Below, in pieces: positions 22,406 through 35,844 of a stretch of 64,000 nt of DNA. Made by a program: the position numbers and the translations under genes. Each line of letters begins with the position of its first letter. Position 1 is the stretch's first letter. The DNA lies in assembly GCA_002633005.1 (NCBI GenBank), contig NMRA01000001.1:2334933-2398932 (forward strand). Direction: 5' to 3'. The notes beneath the pieces were generated by a model that ran no database searches, was not told the origin of the DNA, and saw nothing but the letters and a program-made list of their open reading frames with translations. This stretch comes from Phoronis australis (taxonomy: Eukaryota; Animalia; Phoronida).

Positions 22406-23742
22406 AGGCGAAAGCAACCTTTTTTCATGTCACTTTAGCAAAAATAAGGTTCCTTGATTATCCCAGACACATTTTTCACTTAATTACAGCTTTTCGTAAT
22501 TTGATTAATTTCTCGTCCTCTACTCCGGATGTGACGTTTTGGGAGGCAATCGTTTCGCGCCAATTTCTTTTCGTTATAGTCGGACTGTGAGAGCTGTCGA
22601 GTCAGTCATTCTTATACCTCGGTTGTGATAAGTTCGGTCGTCGTTTGCTTTTGTTTACAAGTCAATCAACATGCCACGCTGTTGCTGCGTGGCGGGATTT
22701 ACTCATTATCGTCTCACACGTGTTTTGGGTACCTTGCGTCGCTTTCCGAAGGATGACAGACTTCGCCGTACTTGGCTAGCTCGTTCATGTGAAGAACGCA
22801 GCGCTACCCGTCCACGCAACGTACAAAGCAGTGGAGGGTTACCGAGTGTGTGGCAAGCATTTTCTGCCGTCAGATTATGACAGATATGTACGCTGAATTG
22901 ATGAAGGTCCCTGCGAACAACGCCTGAATAAGGGTACCATACCGTCGCTGTTGATTCCCGGCAGTGCCACGTCGCCAACCCCAAGAAGTGCGTTTTTGAA
23001 TCGAGAAGCCTCGCGAGCTGTGGCCTCTATATACAGTGACTACCGAGGCACTTCATCTACCGTCACCCGTGCCTCCGAACGTACAGGCAACATTGCGTGC
23101 ATTTCCGGGAACTAGCAGTGATTCGCCCTGTGCTGTTGTCTCTAGCCCAGAGCCTGTAAGCAGCCCTGCAGCGATGTTGAGTAGTGGGAATGAATACAGG
23201 CCCAGTTCGACACCCAGTGAAGAGGACAGTTCGTCATCCAATGAACAGATCGGTGAGCCTAAGTTTGATAAGTTTATTGTCGACTTGTATTGGAGCTATT
23301 TGGAAGGTGCCAGGTGTGTGGCGAGGGAGTCACACGGAGGGATGTAAGCACTTTGGGTGCTCAGATCACCCTCCAGTGGGAGTGTGTCGCGGGACACTCG
23401 GGCAAGTGGGACAGTTCATCCTCTGTACGTGAGACAATAATGAATACACGTACCCAGTAAGCAGCAACAGCGTGGCATGTTGACTGACTCGTAAGCAAAA
23501 GCAAACGACGACCGAATTTATCACAACCGAGGTAGAACAATGACCGACTCGATTGCTCTCACAGTCAGACTATGTGAAAAGAAACTGGCGCGAAATTCTT
23601 GCCTCCCAAAACGTCACTTCTGGAGTAGACAACGAGTAATTAATTAAATTACGAAAAGCTGTAAATAAGTGAAAAATATGCCTGGGATTATCAACGAACC
23701 TTATTTTTGCTGAAAATGACATGAAAAAGGTTGCCTTCGCCT
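22406..23742 (+). mobile_element. Kolobok-type DNA transposon derivative: TTAA TSD, ~283-bp inverted arms, frameshifted THAP domain and start of the transposase
   Basis: TTAA at 22402-22405 and 23743-23746 with AGG...CCT termini. Across frameshifts it reads MPRCCCVAG..RFPKDDRLRRTWL..YRVCGKHFLPSDY..RLNKGTIPSL (THAP), then KFIVD..LELFGRCQVCG..WECVAGHSGKWDSS. Confidence 0.85.
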
Positions 23743-24750
23743 TTAAAGTGTACCTTTAACGATAACACACGTAATTTAGATGCTACAATATGTTTTGGGC
23801 AACACTCTGAACAAACCTAGGCCATTAAATGCCGAATGCAATTAGCAGTTAGACTTATTGACTTACATTTGTCTACGCAACTGTAAAAATCCTAATATTC
23901 AGACTGCTTTTCAACACCGTTTTTCGTTTTGTTTTCACTGTCTCTCGATATTGTTGTGAGCGTCTTTGGCCCATGTCCTTTTTTCAGAGCTCACGTGACT
24001 TGCAACCGAATTTCTCATTGGACATAAAGATTATGCTCGTAATACGCAGGCGTGAAAAGTATCTTTACCCCCGTAATCTACGAGCAACACTGTGATTCCA
24101 GAGGCCAACTATAGTAATAGGGCTTAGTAGGCTTTCAGACCAATTTGAATGAAATTTTTAATGATCACATAATTTTGTGTTATTTTCTATTAAATTGGTG
24201 GCGTTTTTAAATTCCGAACACGCTTTGAGGTTTAAGATTGTTAAGATTCTTAAAACAATACATTTGTTGCGCAAAGTGAAAAGACGCGAAATCGATCTAT
24301 GATCGATGCGTTGTTACCACTATAAACAAACCGACCAAGAAAGCGTGTAAGTACAAACAATGCGTTTCATACAATGAGTTGGCTTGAAACAATAATGGGT
24401 TACTACCCAATATGTAACCTCAATCGGCAGAGCTTTGAAGCCACATGCCTGCATGCCTTCGTGGGAGAAGTCGTTCAATAGCAATCGAAGTTACTTTGCT
24501 GCACTGTTCCCTTTCCAATGTTTACTCGTTACTAGCGTTGGCTTAAAGACATGCTGGACAGAACCTAACGTTTGAAGATAAGCAGGTATTAGAATTGGAA
24601 TTGTGAAAATATCTAAAAACTTTGACGAGATTTTGTTTAGACTCTTAAGCTAATATTCAACTGTGGTGCCAAAAAATTGTGAGCTGTAAACGTACGTTAA
24701 TGACGTGACTGTTAATGTGCTGTGTGAGCATCTGATGGCAATTTAGTACC

Positions 24751-25854
24751 ATGGATAAGGCGTTGTCGTTTCGCTACTATGGCTCAAGTCCTCGTTCTGT
24801 TCGTTTTGAAAAAATTGATTCTTTTCGTATTCAGTGGACACAAGGACCGTTGTCATTAATTAACTATAAAGCTAAAAATCCGGAAGACATTGACAAGGAG
24901 CAACAAAAAGCGCGGGAAAGACAAGTTATAAATGCTCTAGAATACAACCGTTGGGCGAGAAAATCTCCAGTCGGTAAGGGAAGGAAGCAGTTGCATACCC
25001 CTAAAGAATTACCGCGGAAACTTCTGGAAAGTAAGTCTGTGGGGTGTGTGGTAGAGATGTGTAGTCCGGCGATGGAACCAACGGTGACAAGAATTGTTCC
25101 ATCAAGATTATCGACGACAAATGGTCGAGTAAGCCGCAAGTCAGGTGTACTATCGCCGGACAAAACCTTCCGGAAACCAGTACAGAATACGGGAAAAGAC
25201 GATGAATTTGGATGTGATGATCGATCTGACATTGATGTTTCAACTGATGATTCGAATTCTACGACAGCCGACCAAAGATCTGTGGATGTGGTGAACGAAA
25301 AATTAGAACTACCTTCTACCATTCTACGCACAATGGGGAGTTGTGACACTACTGTTATTGAAATGAACAAAGTCAGTGATATCCCGGATGGTAAATGTTT
25401 GACACCAAAGTTTGATAACAACGGGCGTCCCTGGTCATCGTCGTCAGAAGATTCCACAACGCCAGATCTTAAAGTCGAGAACAGGAAGGCTAAACCGAAA
25501 GCGTCTACTCTCCCTCGCTTTGAATTTTTAGGAAAATCAGTAGTTAGTCATAAACAAAATTATCAACATCCATCCAATCAAGTCCACCTCCAAGGAACCA
25601 AGTTTTCCACGACACTGAGTCCAAATACAAGCCCACGACACGACGCGGGCATTAAACCGTCTGACATATGTGAATTGAAATTGCCACAAGTTTTGTTGGA
25701 AACCCCGCGGCACGATACAGTTATATTGACGCAAGAAGATAAGAATTATTTGAAATTGACGACGCCTCTGCCGCTCACGCCAAAAACTAAAAAAGTCGAC
25801 TCCAACGCATCCTGGTGGAAGCACAAAACAACAATTCACGACAAATATCGTTGA
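24751..25854 (+). CDS. Uncharacterized intronless 367-aa protein; ordered-looking N-terminal ~70 aa, S/T/P/K-rich disordered remainder
   Basis: 1104-nt ORF in AT-rich DNA, strong Kozak context accATGg, AATAAA at 25912 and 25948. No recognisable domain. Confidence 0.75.
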   Translation: MDKALSFRYYGSSPRSVRFEKIDSFRIQWTQGPLSLINYKAKNPEDIDKEQQKARERQVINALEYNRWARKSPVGKGRKQLHTPKELPRKLLESKSVGCVVEMCSPAMEPTVTRIVPSRLSTTNGRVSRKSGVLSPDKTFRKPVQNTGKDDEFGCDDRSDIDVSTDDSNSTTADQRSVDVVNEKLELPSTILRTMGSCDTTVIEMNKVSDIPDGKCLTPKFDNNGRPWSSSSEDSTTPDLKVENRKAKPKASTLPRFEFLGKSVVSHKQNYQHPSNQVHLQGTKFSTTLSPNTSPRHDAGIKPSDICELKLPQVLLETPRHDTVILTQEDKNYLKLTTPLPLTPKTKKVDSNASWWKHKTTIHDKYR

Positions 25855-28800
25855 TTCATTAGTTTATTGGAATCTTTCATAATTTATATGGTCACCTATG
25901 TGATGCAAATTAATAAATATGGACAGTTAATGTACAATTAGTTACATAATAAATGCTGGTATATAAAAACTTAATAGGTGTTTTCGTCGAGACCGAGCGA
26001 CTTGTGGAAGGTACGTTGTCATCTCAAATGACCGAGAGTGGCGAGCGTTTGCTCAATTCTTTTCAGTGTTGAAACCATAGACAGATAAGGCCAAAGAAAA
26101 AAAATCTCAAGTCAGAATTAAATGAATTTTACCCCAGAAGAATTAACAGTCCCGGCCAAAAGAACACTCATCGGAACTTGTCTCTAAGGTTGTCCAAAGA
26201 TGACATTAAAAACACATTACGCTAACAGGATTTGAACGCAAGTGGGCGCGAAAGCGTGCAGTTTTCCCCAGAGTGTCCTCGGCGCAGCAAAGCCTTGATG
26301 GCGCTTTCACGGATTTAAGTGAGCTCGTCCCTATCCATGGTCACCTTCATGGAGCTTGGCTGAACGTGCAGGATGAGGTAATTGCGGTAGTAAACCAACA
26401 CGCCTGTTTCAGCATACGAGTTTCAAAGTAAAAAAAACGATCAATAAGTAAGACAAACGACCATCATGACGTTTTGAAATTGAAAAGTAAATAGTACCCG
26501 TCTTTGAATTTTTAAAGTCGATGCATTATAAGAGAAATTAGAGGACTTTTCTCCAGCATCGCTGTCCAACACTCGCTAAGGCGTTGGGGTAACAAAGCCC
26601 CAAATGCAGGCGTAGGAGTTGTGTCATGATTTTTTTATATTTTCGTTTTTTATAAAAAATCACCTCTTACCACCTGACTGGGACCTCCATATGCCATAGT
26701 CAAATGTTAGGAACGCTAACCTCGAAATAATATAAGTCTTAGTGGTGCTCTCCGCAAGGCCCGGTTTTATCTAAGGTCGTTCCCCTGGTCTTTGCTAAGA
26801 CGGTCCTATCGTGAATTGTTACTAGAAAACGATCAACTAATGTAGTTCATGAGGGTGAGTGATGAACTTGAATGTCACGTAGGACAACGTTTACAAGATT
26901 GAACCTCGTACGTTTTCTCTTACAAAAAAAGGTAGGATCGCCTTCGGAATACGTACCCTCGATCCTCCTAGCTACGACCGGACTACCTTAAGCCTAATTT
27001 GATAAAACAGGACCACGAGCACATTTTTTTAGCATTGGTCGTAAACTCAGTAGTATCTACAGATGATCGCAAGCACGTGACAACGAGCCCGACTGACACT
27101 CTGGCTCACATCCTCATAGTCCACTGTGATCCAGTAAACCTCTGACATTCCGATTTTTCGTATGCTACAAATTGGCGTGTGTAACCAGGTGTTCCGACAC
27201 GACTTTAGTCGAGACATCGCACACAAGTCGTAGCCATATACGACAACGGAAACGTTTAGACAAGTCCGAAAGCAATTTACGAATTGAGTCGTATACAAAC
27301 AATGTGGTGTGTAGACGATTCAACCGTCTTAGCCAACACCGGGCGTACAAATATTAACGGAACATACCCTAGAAATATTTAATAGCGGTATTGCAAGACA
27401 GCGCTCTATATGGGTGATAATAAATATCATCATGGCGAGCAGCTCCATACTACTGCTCAATAAAACACCAAATTCGAAAATATCCATTTTCTACCCCCAA
27501 ACAGACAGATCATCAGCGACAGCGGCGACACAAAAACAAACTAGTTCGGAGTGTTCTGTACATTTCTGGATATAATTTTTTAAGCATTGAAATTATTTGT
27601 ATTTGAATTTGTAACACCATAAGAAAACAAGAACACAATTTTTGTTGATCTACGGCACACGCAGACTCTGCGGCGCCTGCAGTCACGTGACGGTCTATTG
27701 ATTAGCTTACGAATCATTCCGCCTGAATTCCTACCGCATGCGCAAGTTTCGAATCCCCTCTGCTATGTAAGAGTTTAGTTGCCAGTGAGGCATTATACAC
27801 AGTCCCAAATAAGGATTTAACCGAATTTCCTGAATCTTCTACTTATCTGTATTTTTGTTGTACTCACAATTTTATGTTTTCCTGTCACTTTATATTCATT
27901 ATGAGCCCCATTTTTACTTTGTTTCTAGTAATTGCTCTGAAAATTGAGCCCCTATTTCAATGAAAATAAGTAAGAACTTAGTCTTTGAATTAGGGATGTT
28001 GCAAGAAAACGTGCCTATTTATTTTCAATAATGTTGAGACTTAAACTCAGATGTTACTGTTGGTGTGTATCAAAACTGAGTATTGGCATAGTTATGAAGG
28101 CGTAATAGCACCAGAGATTTCAATCAGTACTTGCATAAGCCTACAAATGCGGTAAAAAGTTAATTTATAGTCGAGTTCCTAGTTGGGAGTGTTCCATGTA
28201 ACTGGCTACTGATCATTAAAACATGTGAGAACGGGTAAGTTTGGCAGCGAGGTTTTACTTCAACCGCGTATTTTTGGAAAGAAAAAAGTTATTATTGAAA
28301 ACTGTTCAAAGGGTAGCCGACACTTACTAACTTTTTAAAAGTAGTCTATAGTCCCGCACGTTTGCCTACTTCACACACTTCTGAGTTTGAGAAGCATCGA
28401 AATGTTGAAAAGTTTCCTTTCCTTCAGAGTTGTAAAAATCAGCTGTAGGATTAAAAGAGTCTCGTTAGTCTATTAGTTACGTAGCTTTTGTTGTATATGT
28501 GTAAGTGGATGGTTAATATAAGGCTGAGGATGCTAATTTTTGTCTGAAACGAGGCTGGGTCAACGAGAGGGATTCGTACAGACTCACAACTTTCAAGCGC
28601 TAACCTACAAGTTATTTGGTGTTTGCAAATCCAGTGAATGTAACCAGTTGAGATGATGCTTAGAAAGAAAACGATATCACAGATAACAGATGGTTTATTG
28701 TTTAGGCTTTTCAAAACGATTTCAATTTCTAGGTAGTGTTGCGAGTCACAGGCCGACACGAATCAAACAGTTTGAGTGAGACGATGCGTGGATGAAACAA

Positions 28801-29100
28801 CCCCCATTATTGGAAAAATCTGACACACAGAGGATGAAGAACTCAGACCTCCTATCAGAACCATTCACACAAATGCATTTCAACTGATACACTTGATCGT
28901 ACAACTCAATTCTACCAAACGATGACTGCGTTGTTGACCTATCATGGGATCATGTGGCAAATTGCCTACATATCCCATACTTTGATAATTCTAGCTTGTT
29001 TCAAACACATTTTAATTAAAATTACTGTAATACAATCCGAAATTTATTAAATAATAATATTTTGTGACAACAGAAGACATGGAAGAGTGTCCAATAAGTA

Positions 29101-29284
29101 GTTAAATCATAGATAGTCTATGGTTAAATAGAAATTCAATCCAAGTTAAATCATAGATAGTCTATGGTTAAATAGAAATTCAATCCAAGTTAAATCATAG
29201 ATAGTCTATGGTTAAATAGAAATTCAATCCAAGTTAAATCATAGATAGTCTATGGTTAAATAGAAATTCAATCCAAGTTAAATC
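29101..29284. repeat. 44-bp tandem repeat, 4 full copies plus a partial copy, each containing the palindrome CATAGA-TAG-TCTATG
   Basis: Identical units start at 29101, 29145, 29189 and 29233. Confidence 0.95.
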
Positions 29285-30078
29285 AAAGTTTATGATGTAC
29301 TCAAACACTGTCTACATTTTACAACATGCGGTCATCTATAACAATGAAATCGATACTAGTGACAGCAAAAACCGACAACATGCTTCATTTTTGGAGTTTT
29401 AAATTAAATGCAAGCCGGAAAGCAATCGTTTTTATATTCAGGTTAAGTAGCACCCTAGCAAAATGTCCAAATTTGGTTAACTTTGGAACTTCATATTTCA
29501 GAAATGGCTGATCCAATTTTTATGAAACTTTCAGAAACTTACGCATTGTTCTCCAAACTCCAAAGTACTGTTAGGAATTATTTTAACATGTTCCACTTTT
29601 GCATGAGGGGCCTTTCAAAATAAGATAGTTATGATTTTTTTCATGAAATATTCTTAAGTTGATTAAAACGAAAGATTTTGGAAAGTTCAGCGTTTTTGAC
29701 ATCTCATCTTGAACATTTACATGAAATAAAATTTGGTCGTGTTATTGATACCGTTGTTTTGGATTCAATGTATCTTGCTTTTTGCAAAATTTTACAAAAT
29801 AAACTTGGCAACGTGACCGAATCAATAATAGGTTGGTAAACTGTCAGAAATCAAATTGCTCAGGCTTTCTACGTTTCCAAAATGTATACTTTTACCGAAT
29901 TAAAATCTACAGCTTTGTAAATATTTGGCAAAACGCGCAGACTTTTTAATGAGGTCCTATGTAACCTAGAGGCTGCTGCTTAGGCGGGTCAGAGCGAGGT
30001 ACAATAAGAATGAAGCAATGGCTAAGCAAAAAATTACACCTATTAGAACCAATCCAAACACAATACAGTCATAGAAAC

Positions 30079-30309
30079 CATGCGCGCGCGCACCCAGCCT
30101 TAAATGGCAAGGCTCGAATTTTTGAGAATGTGGACCTTTTACTAAGATTCACGGAGTACGTCCAGAGCTATGAATTGTGCATTCGCTGAATTTGGGTATT
30201 CCTGCCTTTCTAATGGACTTTTGTCTCGTTTTCTACTTTTTTCTCGGAGGCAGACCTTTTTGCCCAGGGGCTCCTTCGAACTCCCCGAACCTCCCTGGGT
30301 GCGCGCATG
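30079..30309. mobile_element. MITE, ends CATGCGCGC..ACCCAG / CTGGGTGCGCGCATG, imperfect 5-bp TSD (GAAAC/GAGAC)
   Basis: Terminal inverted repeats; second family member at 51869-52086. Confidence 0.8.
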
Positions 30310-30382
30310 GAGACAAAAACAATTGTTAAAATGTAATAGTCATATTACGTAAACATCGCTCAAAATAGCTTCACCAGACGTT

Positions 30383-33300
30383 TTAGTAACAGGAATTGGT
30401 GCTGCACACTCGCTCTTCGTGATTGGTGCCTGGGCAAGCGGCACCTCCATACAAAGGCGTAGGATTATCGCAATTCCGAAACCGTTCCTGTTCTCCTCCG
30501 CCACAGCTGACGCTACACTGATTCCAGCTTGTCCACTTGGACCAACTTCCGTCCACTTAAACAAAAATGATAGCTGAATACAAATGCTGACGTTCCTGTT
30601 TTCCTTTAAAACATTGATCTCTGAACTGCATCAAAATATTTTAGCATTTGAAACAACCAACGAAAAAAATCACCGGTTGATGGAGTGTACCGCTAGGAAG
30701 ACAAAATAAAACCCCTTTCTAATTGAGAGTTAACCATTGATATTAAAGGGACTCAATTATTGGGAGCTTCTGTGGAAATGTCTCCTTTTTGCAAATACCT
30801 TAAGTTTACACGCTGTGATCATTTTGTGATAATTTCCCACGAATACATATACATGCCTTGTTGATTTCTTCTCACAAACTATGACGTTCCTAGAAATTAA
30901 CAGATTTTTCTCGGTTATCCTTATCTCTCGACTCCCGGCCATTTTCATTTTTGTTTTTACCAGAGGCGTCCAGATGGACTTGCGGAGAACTGTGGGTTCA
31001 ACTACAACAACCCTTTTATATGATAGTCGGCTATTCAGTGCCTAGTGTATTTTTCGAATGACTCGTGGCGTGCATCGTTTGAAAAACTGATATAGGGTAG
31101 ATAGTTTCTCATAAAAGCTTTTTTGTCACTATATTTGGAATATCAAAGTTTCAAGGCATGGCACAAACAAGTGGAGGTGTATAGTAAAACACATGGAGGA
31201 GGAATTTGTCAGATTATCTGTGTGTATGCCTATTTGCACAGAACTAGAACTAGCGTCTAGTAATTGTATTGCAGGTAAATCATACACTGGCATTAGCAAC
31301 CAATATTTAATCCGTAGCGAATGACGCTACTTTTGGCCTCTGCAGTTAAGTTGTGGAGTGGTCGTATGCGTTAGCTTTGAAGCGGCCGAATCCACGATAA
31401 AGCGTTATTCCATCATGGTAACGTACGCAACAAGTTATCACTTTTGTGTAATTCGTATGTACGCCATTAAAAATCAGTGAACTGAAACCATTTCGCCTCG
31501 GCAATGTTTTCACTAGCTCCTGGTTTACGTCTCTCGAGACCGGTTTAAGTAAATGACGATTATTTGAGTGTGATTCGTTTAATCGTTTGTAACACAAGGT
31601 AAGGTGATTGTCAGTCATATGCACTAGTATTCGACTTTCCAACGCCAGCGAAATTTTACTATTGTGCTGAGGGCTGCAACTCCGACGGCAGAAAGTTGGA
31701 TAAACCCGAGAAGTATCCATGGCTGCAGTATTTTCCGACATGGAATCAGCCCGACATTTCTAAAACGAGGACAATGTAACAGCGCGTTTTCCATACAAAG
31801 GAAATTTCTGTCCTTGGCCGTCCTATTGTATATTTATGCGTCGTCAATCAATCAGATAAACGGACCATGGTCATGACGACGGTACAACCCAACGCAACAT
31901 TGGATTTGAGAATGACAGCTGACAAGAGGAGCCGAAACGTTCACAGGAACGTTAATTTTCAAAACCATTTTCTGTTTACTCAACGTAAATTATTTACCAA
32001 AAGTTGAGTTACTACGTTTTCTGCAGTCCCGAGCTTTTTAGTCAACATTTTTCGCGAGAAATCTTAGCTACGATACCATCAATTTCAAAAGATAATTCTA
32101 CAACTAATCACAGTTTTTGATGATGAGAACTCGGGATTTTGAACGTCTCTTATTTAGGCATCGTGGTTTGCCTCTGGCAGAAAAATAAAAACACATAGGA
32201 GGTTAAGATCACGTTTCTTTCCAATAACTAATGCAATTCTTGTAGCAAAATGAATGATTATTTTGCTTAAATATCTTACCTCCACAAACGTCCCATGCTC
32301 CATTAGACGACGAAATATTAATTTGATGGCCTGTCACGCATCCAAATGCTTGATTAGACACTGAAAGATTTGTAAAGTAAAGCGCCTATAAAGCCGCGTT
32401 CTGTAGACGAAACTAACTTGATGCTAAAAAATTGCTCTGAGCCCGTTCCAAGAAACTGACTTAGATTCGTTTTTGGCTTAAGTCAAAATTTGTCTCAACT
32501 TCCAAACTTTGAAGCTTCTGCATCCGCTAAGTTAGTCAAAATTAAGACATAACTTAAGTCAAAAACTTAACTCGAACTTATGATCTCTTTCTTGAACGGG
32601 CTTGAGACAACTTTAAGTAGCCGGAAATTTAAGATTTGTCTTAGCTGAGTCAGTTTTCTCGGAACGGGCCCCAGAATTCTGATCCTGCAAAGAACTAACA
32701 GTTCGTTAAAGCTCGAGACCGTGCTCGGCGAATAAAATGGCGTCATGACAAGTCAAGTTGTAGAGCTTGATTTTTCCCAAGACCACAAGTCACATCTATT
32801 TTGCCAAAGGTACAACTTGAGACCAATCTTTAATGGTAAGTGATATCAATCGAAAGTTTTTTTGTGACGGAACGCGGGTTCATAGTCAATTTAATTTGAA
32901 GACAATCGACAACGTGTGGACGTAGTGTAACAAATTAGAAAGACCATTATTTTGATGTCCAGGAGAGAGACACTTCACGACATCCTGTCACGATCGAGCT
33001 TTGCACGGGCACGTGCTTGGTGTACTTAAAATGACTCCCATGGCTATAAGCGTCCCTTGACACGCCTTCTGTCATAAAAAATGTTTAAGACGACTTGTAG
33101 TTATGAAATTGGTCTCCAGTTGTGTAGGCCTAATCATTATAAGCCGGGTGCTGTCTAAGGGTATAACGAAATGTCACTTCGTTGCGATAAGAACAAGTAG
33201 AGACTAGTATTTTTGCTAAGCGGGTTGAATCAAAAGTTTCCTTCATTGACGGAATGCAGGTATGTAGTCACTTCAACAATCTTATAGAAGTAGGAAACAT

Positions 33301-34350
33301 AACCGTCTCGTTTTGTCTACGTCATCATTATATTTAGTTGAATGCAACACACAGACAGGCGCACTCGATTTCTCACTGGCCAGAAAAATAGACGATTAAC
33401 GCTCTCCACTATGCGTAACTGGAAGACAATTAAGTATTCCGATGGTGGAAAATAAATATGTCCTCAGACAGTGAAACATTGGAAATGCTCAAACGCGAAA
33501 AATGGTGGTCACGGTCCCCTTTAAAGATGCACTTCTTGGAGATGCTACCGTGACAAATAATTCACTTTCAATATTGCAAGAACTTGGAGAAAAAATCGTC
33601 AGATTCACTATCTTTGAAACACAGATGAAATATAAAATATTTCATCCTAATGCAGTTTTCAAATACCGCCCCTAATAATATATGTGCGCATGCGCTCAAA
33701 GAAGTCAGCTGCTTCTTGAAATCGCTAGTTTTGTTTACATCAATGGTCACATTTTCCATATAGGGGAAATGTGCTACGTCTATGTTTTACCATGCTAAAA
33801 AGGAGACGTGCTTTGCCTTGTGGGAGAAAAACGAAGTGACGAACAGTGGCCAGATTGTTTCTTTTTGAAATTTGAAACTAAAGAAAAAGTGCTTTGACAT
33901 CAACAGAAATTCTAAATCTTTACAAACAAATCGTAAAAATACCTCCTGGTGAACAATTTGACTGCCGTTTCAGTGGCAGAGAACTTCTTCGAATAATGCA
34001 ATTTAGTTTATTTTCCAAGTTCTATGCCACTTTAAATAAATATATCTACCTGTAATCTGCAACCATCCTTCACGAGTTTGAATAGGGCTTGTGCACCAAA
34101 TATGTGCAACGTAACAACGCTTATTCACAGCATCATAGTTTGCGCCAACACATCTGCATCGTTCTTGAGAGCACATGCTGACGCAGACTCCAAGCGAGGG
34201 TGCGTACGCGCCTTCCAGTTGATCGCCCCATGCCTTCTTGAAGCCTGTCGTCAGGGTAACCCAGCCGTCCCACTGTGTACTCGAAGAGGAACGTGAAAAT
34301 ATAACAATTGCGGACCATAAAATGACTGTTATGAGCCAGTTTGTTGACAT
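30383..34350 (-). CDS. Small secreted PAN/Apple + thrombospondin type-1 (TSP1) protein, 157 aa; exons 34350-34050 and 30555-30383
   Basis: Exon 1: signal peptide MSTNWLITVILWSAIVIFSRSSS plus a PAN-like Cys pattern (SLGVCVSMCSQERCRCVGANYDAVNKRCY). Phase-1 GT-AG intron. Exon 2: VDGSWSKWTSWNQCSVSCGGGEQERFRNCDNPTPLYGGAACPGTNHEERVCSTNSCY*, a textbook TSP1 repeat (WxxWxxW, CSVSCG, RxRxC). Confidence 0.85.
32437..32674. mobile_element. Harbinger/PIF-like MITE inside the PAN-TSP1 intron
   Basis: Ends GCCCGTTCCAAGAAACTGACTTAG / CTGAGTCAGTTTTCTCGGAACGGGC, flanked by CTG/CAG. Confidence 0.6.
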
Positions 34351-34457
34351 GATGCAGTGTCGTCCAGCAATCCCCACTTCGCCTTGCTGTATAGCATAGG
34401 TGACGATAAAAGACCTATTGGTTCATCTGAATGAGAAACAGATATTTGTCGAATCAA

Positions 34458-34465
34458 CTTTTATA
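34458..34465 (-). promoter_or_regulatory. TATA box (TATAAAAG) of the PAN-TSP1 gene
   Basis: Consensus TATA about 108 bp upstream of the ATG on the minus strand. Confidence 0.5.
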
Positions 34466-35844
34466 GGACAAATTCTCCAGAGAAATATATAGGACATAAC
34501 AGATAAATGAAATGTTCACGATAGGCGTTGTTATATCATTCATTCATCAAGCTAAAACCAAAGCGACAATAACATTCCAGCTATTATTTAGGGGTCTTTG
34601 ATCGCTTGTTCGTCAACCCGCAATGAAATCCACTGAAATATTAATGCATCAATTAATATCGGGCAAAGTGGTCGTCTATAAACTTCACTGCTATACAACT
34701 TCGAGCACTGATTTGCATAAAGAGCCTCTCCGTGAGAGAGCATGGGAATATGCCGTACCTCTTTCATGGGTGTACCCATCGCACCTCATGGTTACGGAGG
34801 CGTTATTATTGCTTTTTATTAATTTAAAGCAGGACGTTTGCATATAAACGTTAAAACAGCATTTTGTTGGGTTCTCAAGAGCCAGTAATGTTAATGTTTG
34901 AATCTTTGCGAAATTCATTATCACGCATTCCATGACACAAAACATCTAAGTACTTATGATACACAGGCCAACGTGAGGTTCTTGATTTCAGCATACACAA
35001 GCATCATACAATCAAAGTTTCTGAATTCTATTTGGCAGCGATGAAAGTATGCTCTTTTGACCAGGGGAGAAACTATTCAGTTCTTGATGGATTAGGGGGG
35101 AGGGGAGGTCAGATGTAATTTATCCACTTTCCTAAAATTCTTTGAAACCTTGAGTGTCCAGATTAGGCGAGGAAATACAAGCAGATGCGTTTGATTTGTC
35201 GGTAATGTTACCTTTTCTGAAGAGTTTTTGGGCACGCATCAATTACTACTGAACATTTCAGTCGATTTCTAAAACTATTCAGACAGCCTGTGCGTTATTA
35301 GCTAAAATTAACATTAAACCTGCCTCTTGGTTCATGTACTAAATTCGGTGTGTAGATAACGTTTTACTTTCAAGTTGCCTTTTCATGAACGGCAATATAT
35401 CATGATTGTTTGTTCTCCCGCGTTAGCAATCATATTATAAAGTTCTTGACAGAACACGTTTGCTTACAAATGATAACATGATGTATTTTGTAATTTTATA
35501 TGTATGTTGTACCGTTTTTCCCAAACGCACAACGTTAAACTGTAATAGGATATGAAAAATACAACAGTTTTCTAATGTATAAAAACTGTTCTTCACTTGA
35601 AATATACTGCGGAAAGTTTTTACTGTCGCTTGCAATATTTTTGTAAAAATACGTCACGGTAGTTATTACACCATAAAGAATGACTAACAAATACTCATTC
35701 GTAAATTTTTATGTACGTGATTGTTCACGACAGAACAAGACTGCTGTTTTGGTTACTGGAGGTGTATGGCCTCACACAAATACTTGGGATGATAACAAAT
35801 AAAAAAAGATATCCTGAAGAGGACGAATGAGAGACTAAAACTGT

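Noticed and set aside
24864-25457. 197-aa antisense ORF
   Set aside because: Shadow of the 367-aa sense ORF with no independent support.
29101-29284. CRISPR-like array (palindromic repeat with regular spacing)
   Set aside because: Units are identical with no unique spacers, there are no cas genes, and the context is eukaryotic; it is a minisatellite.
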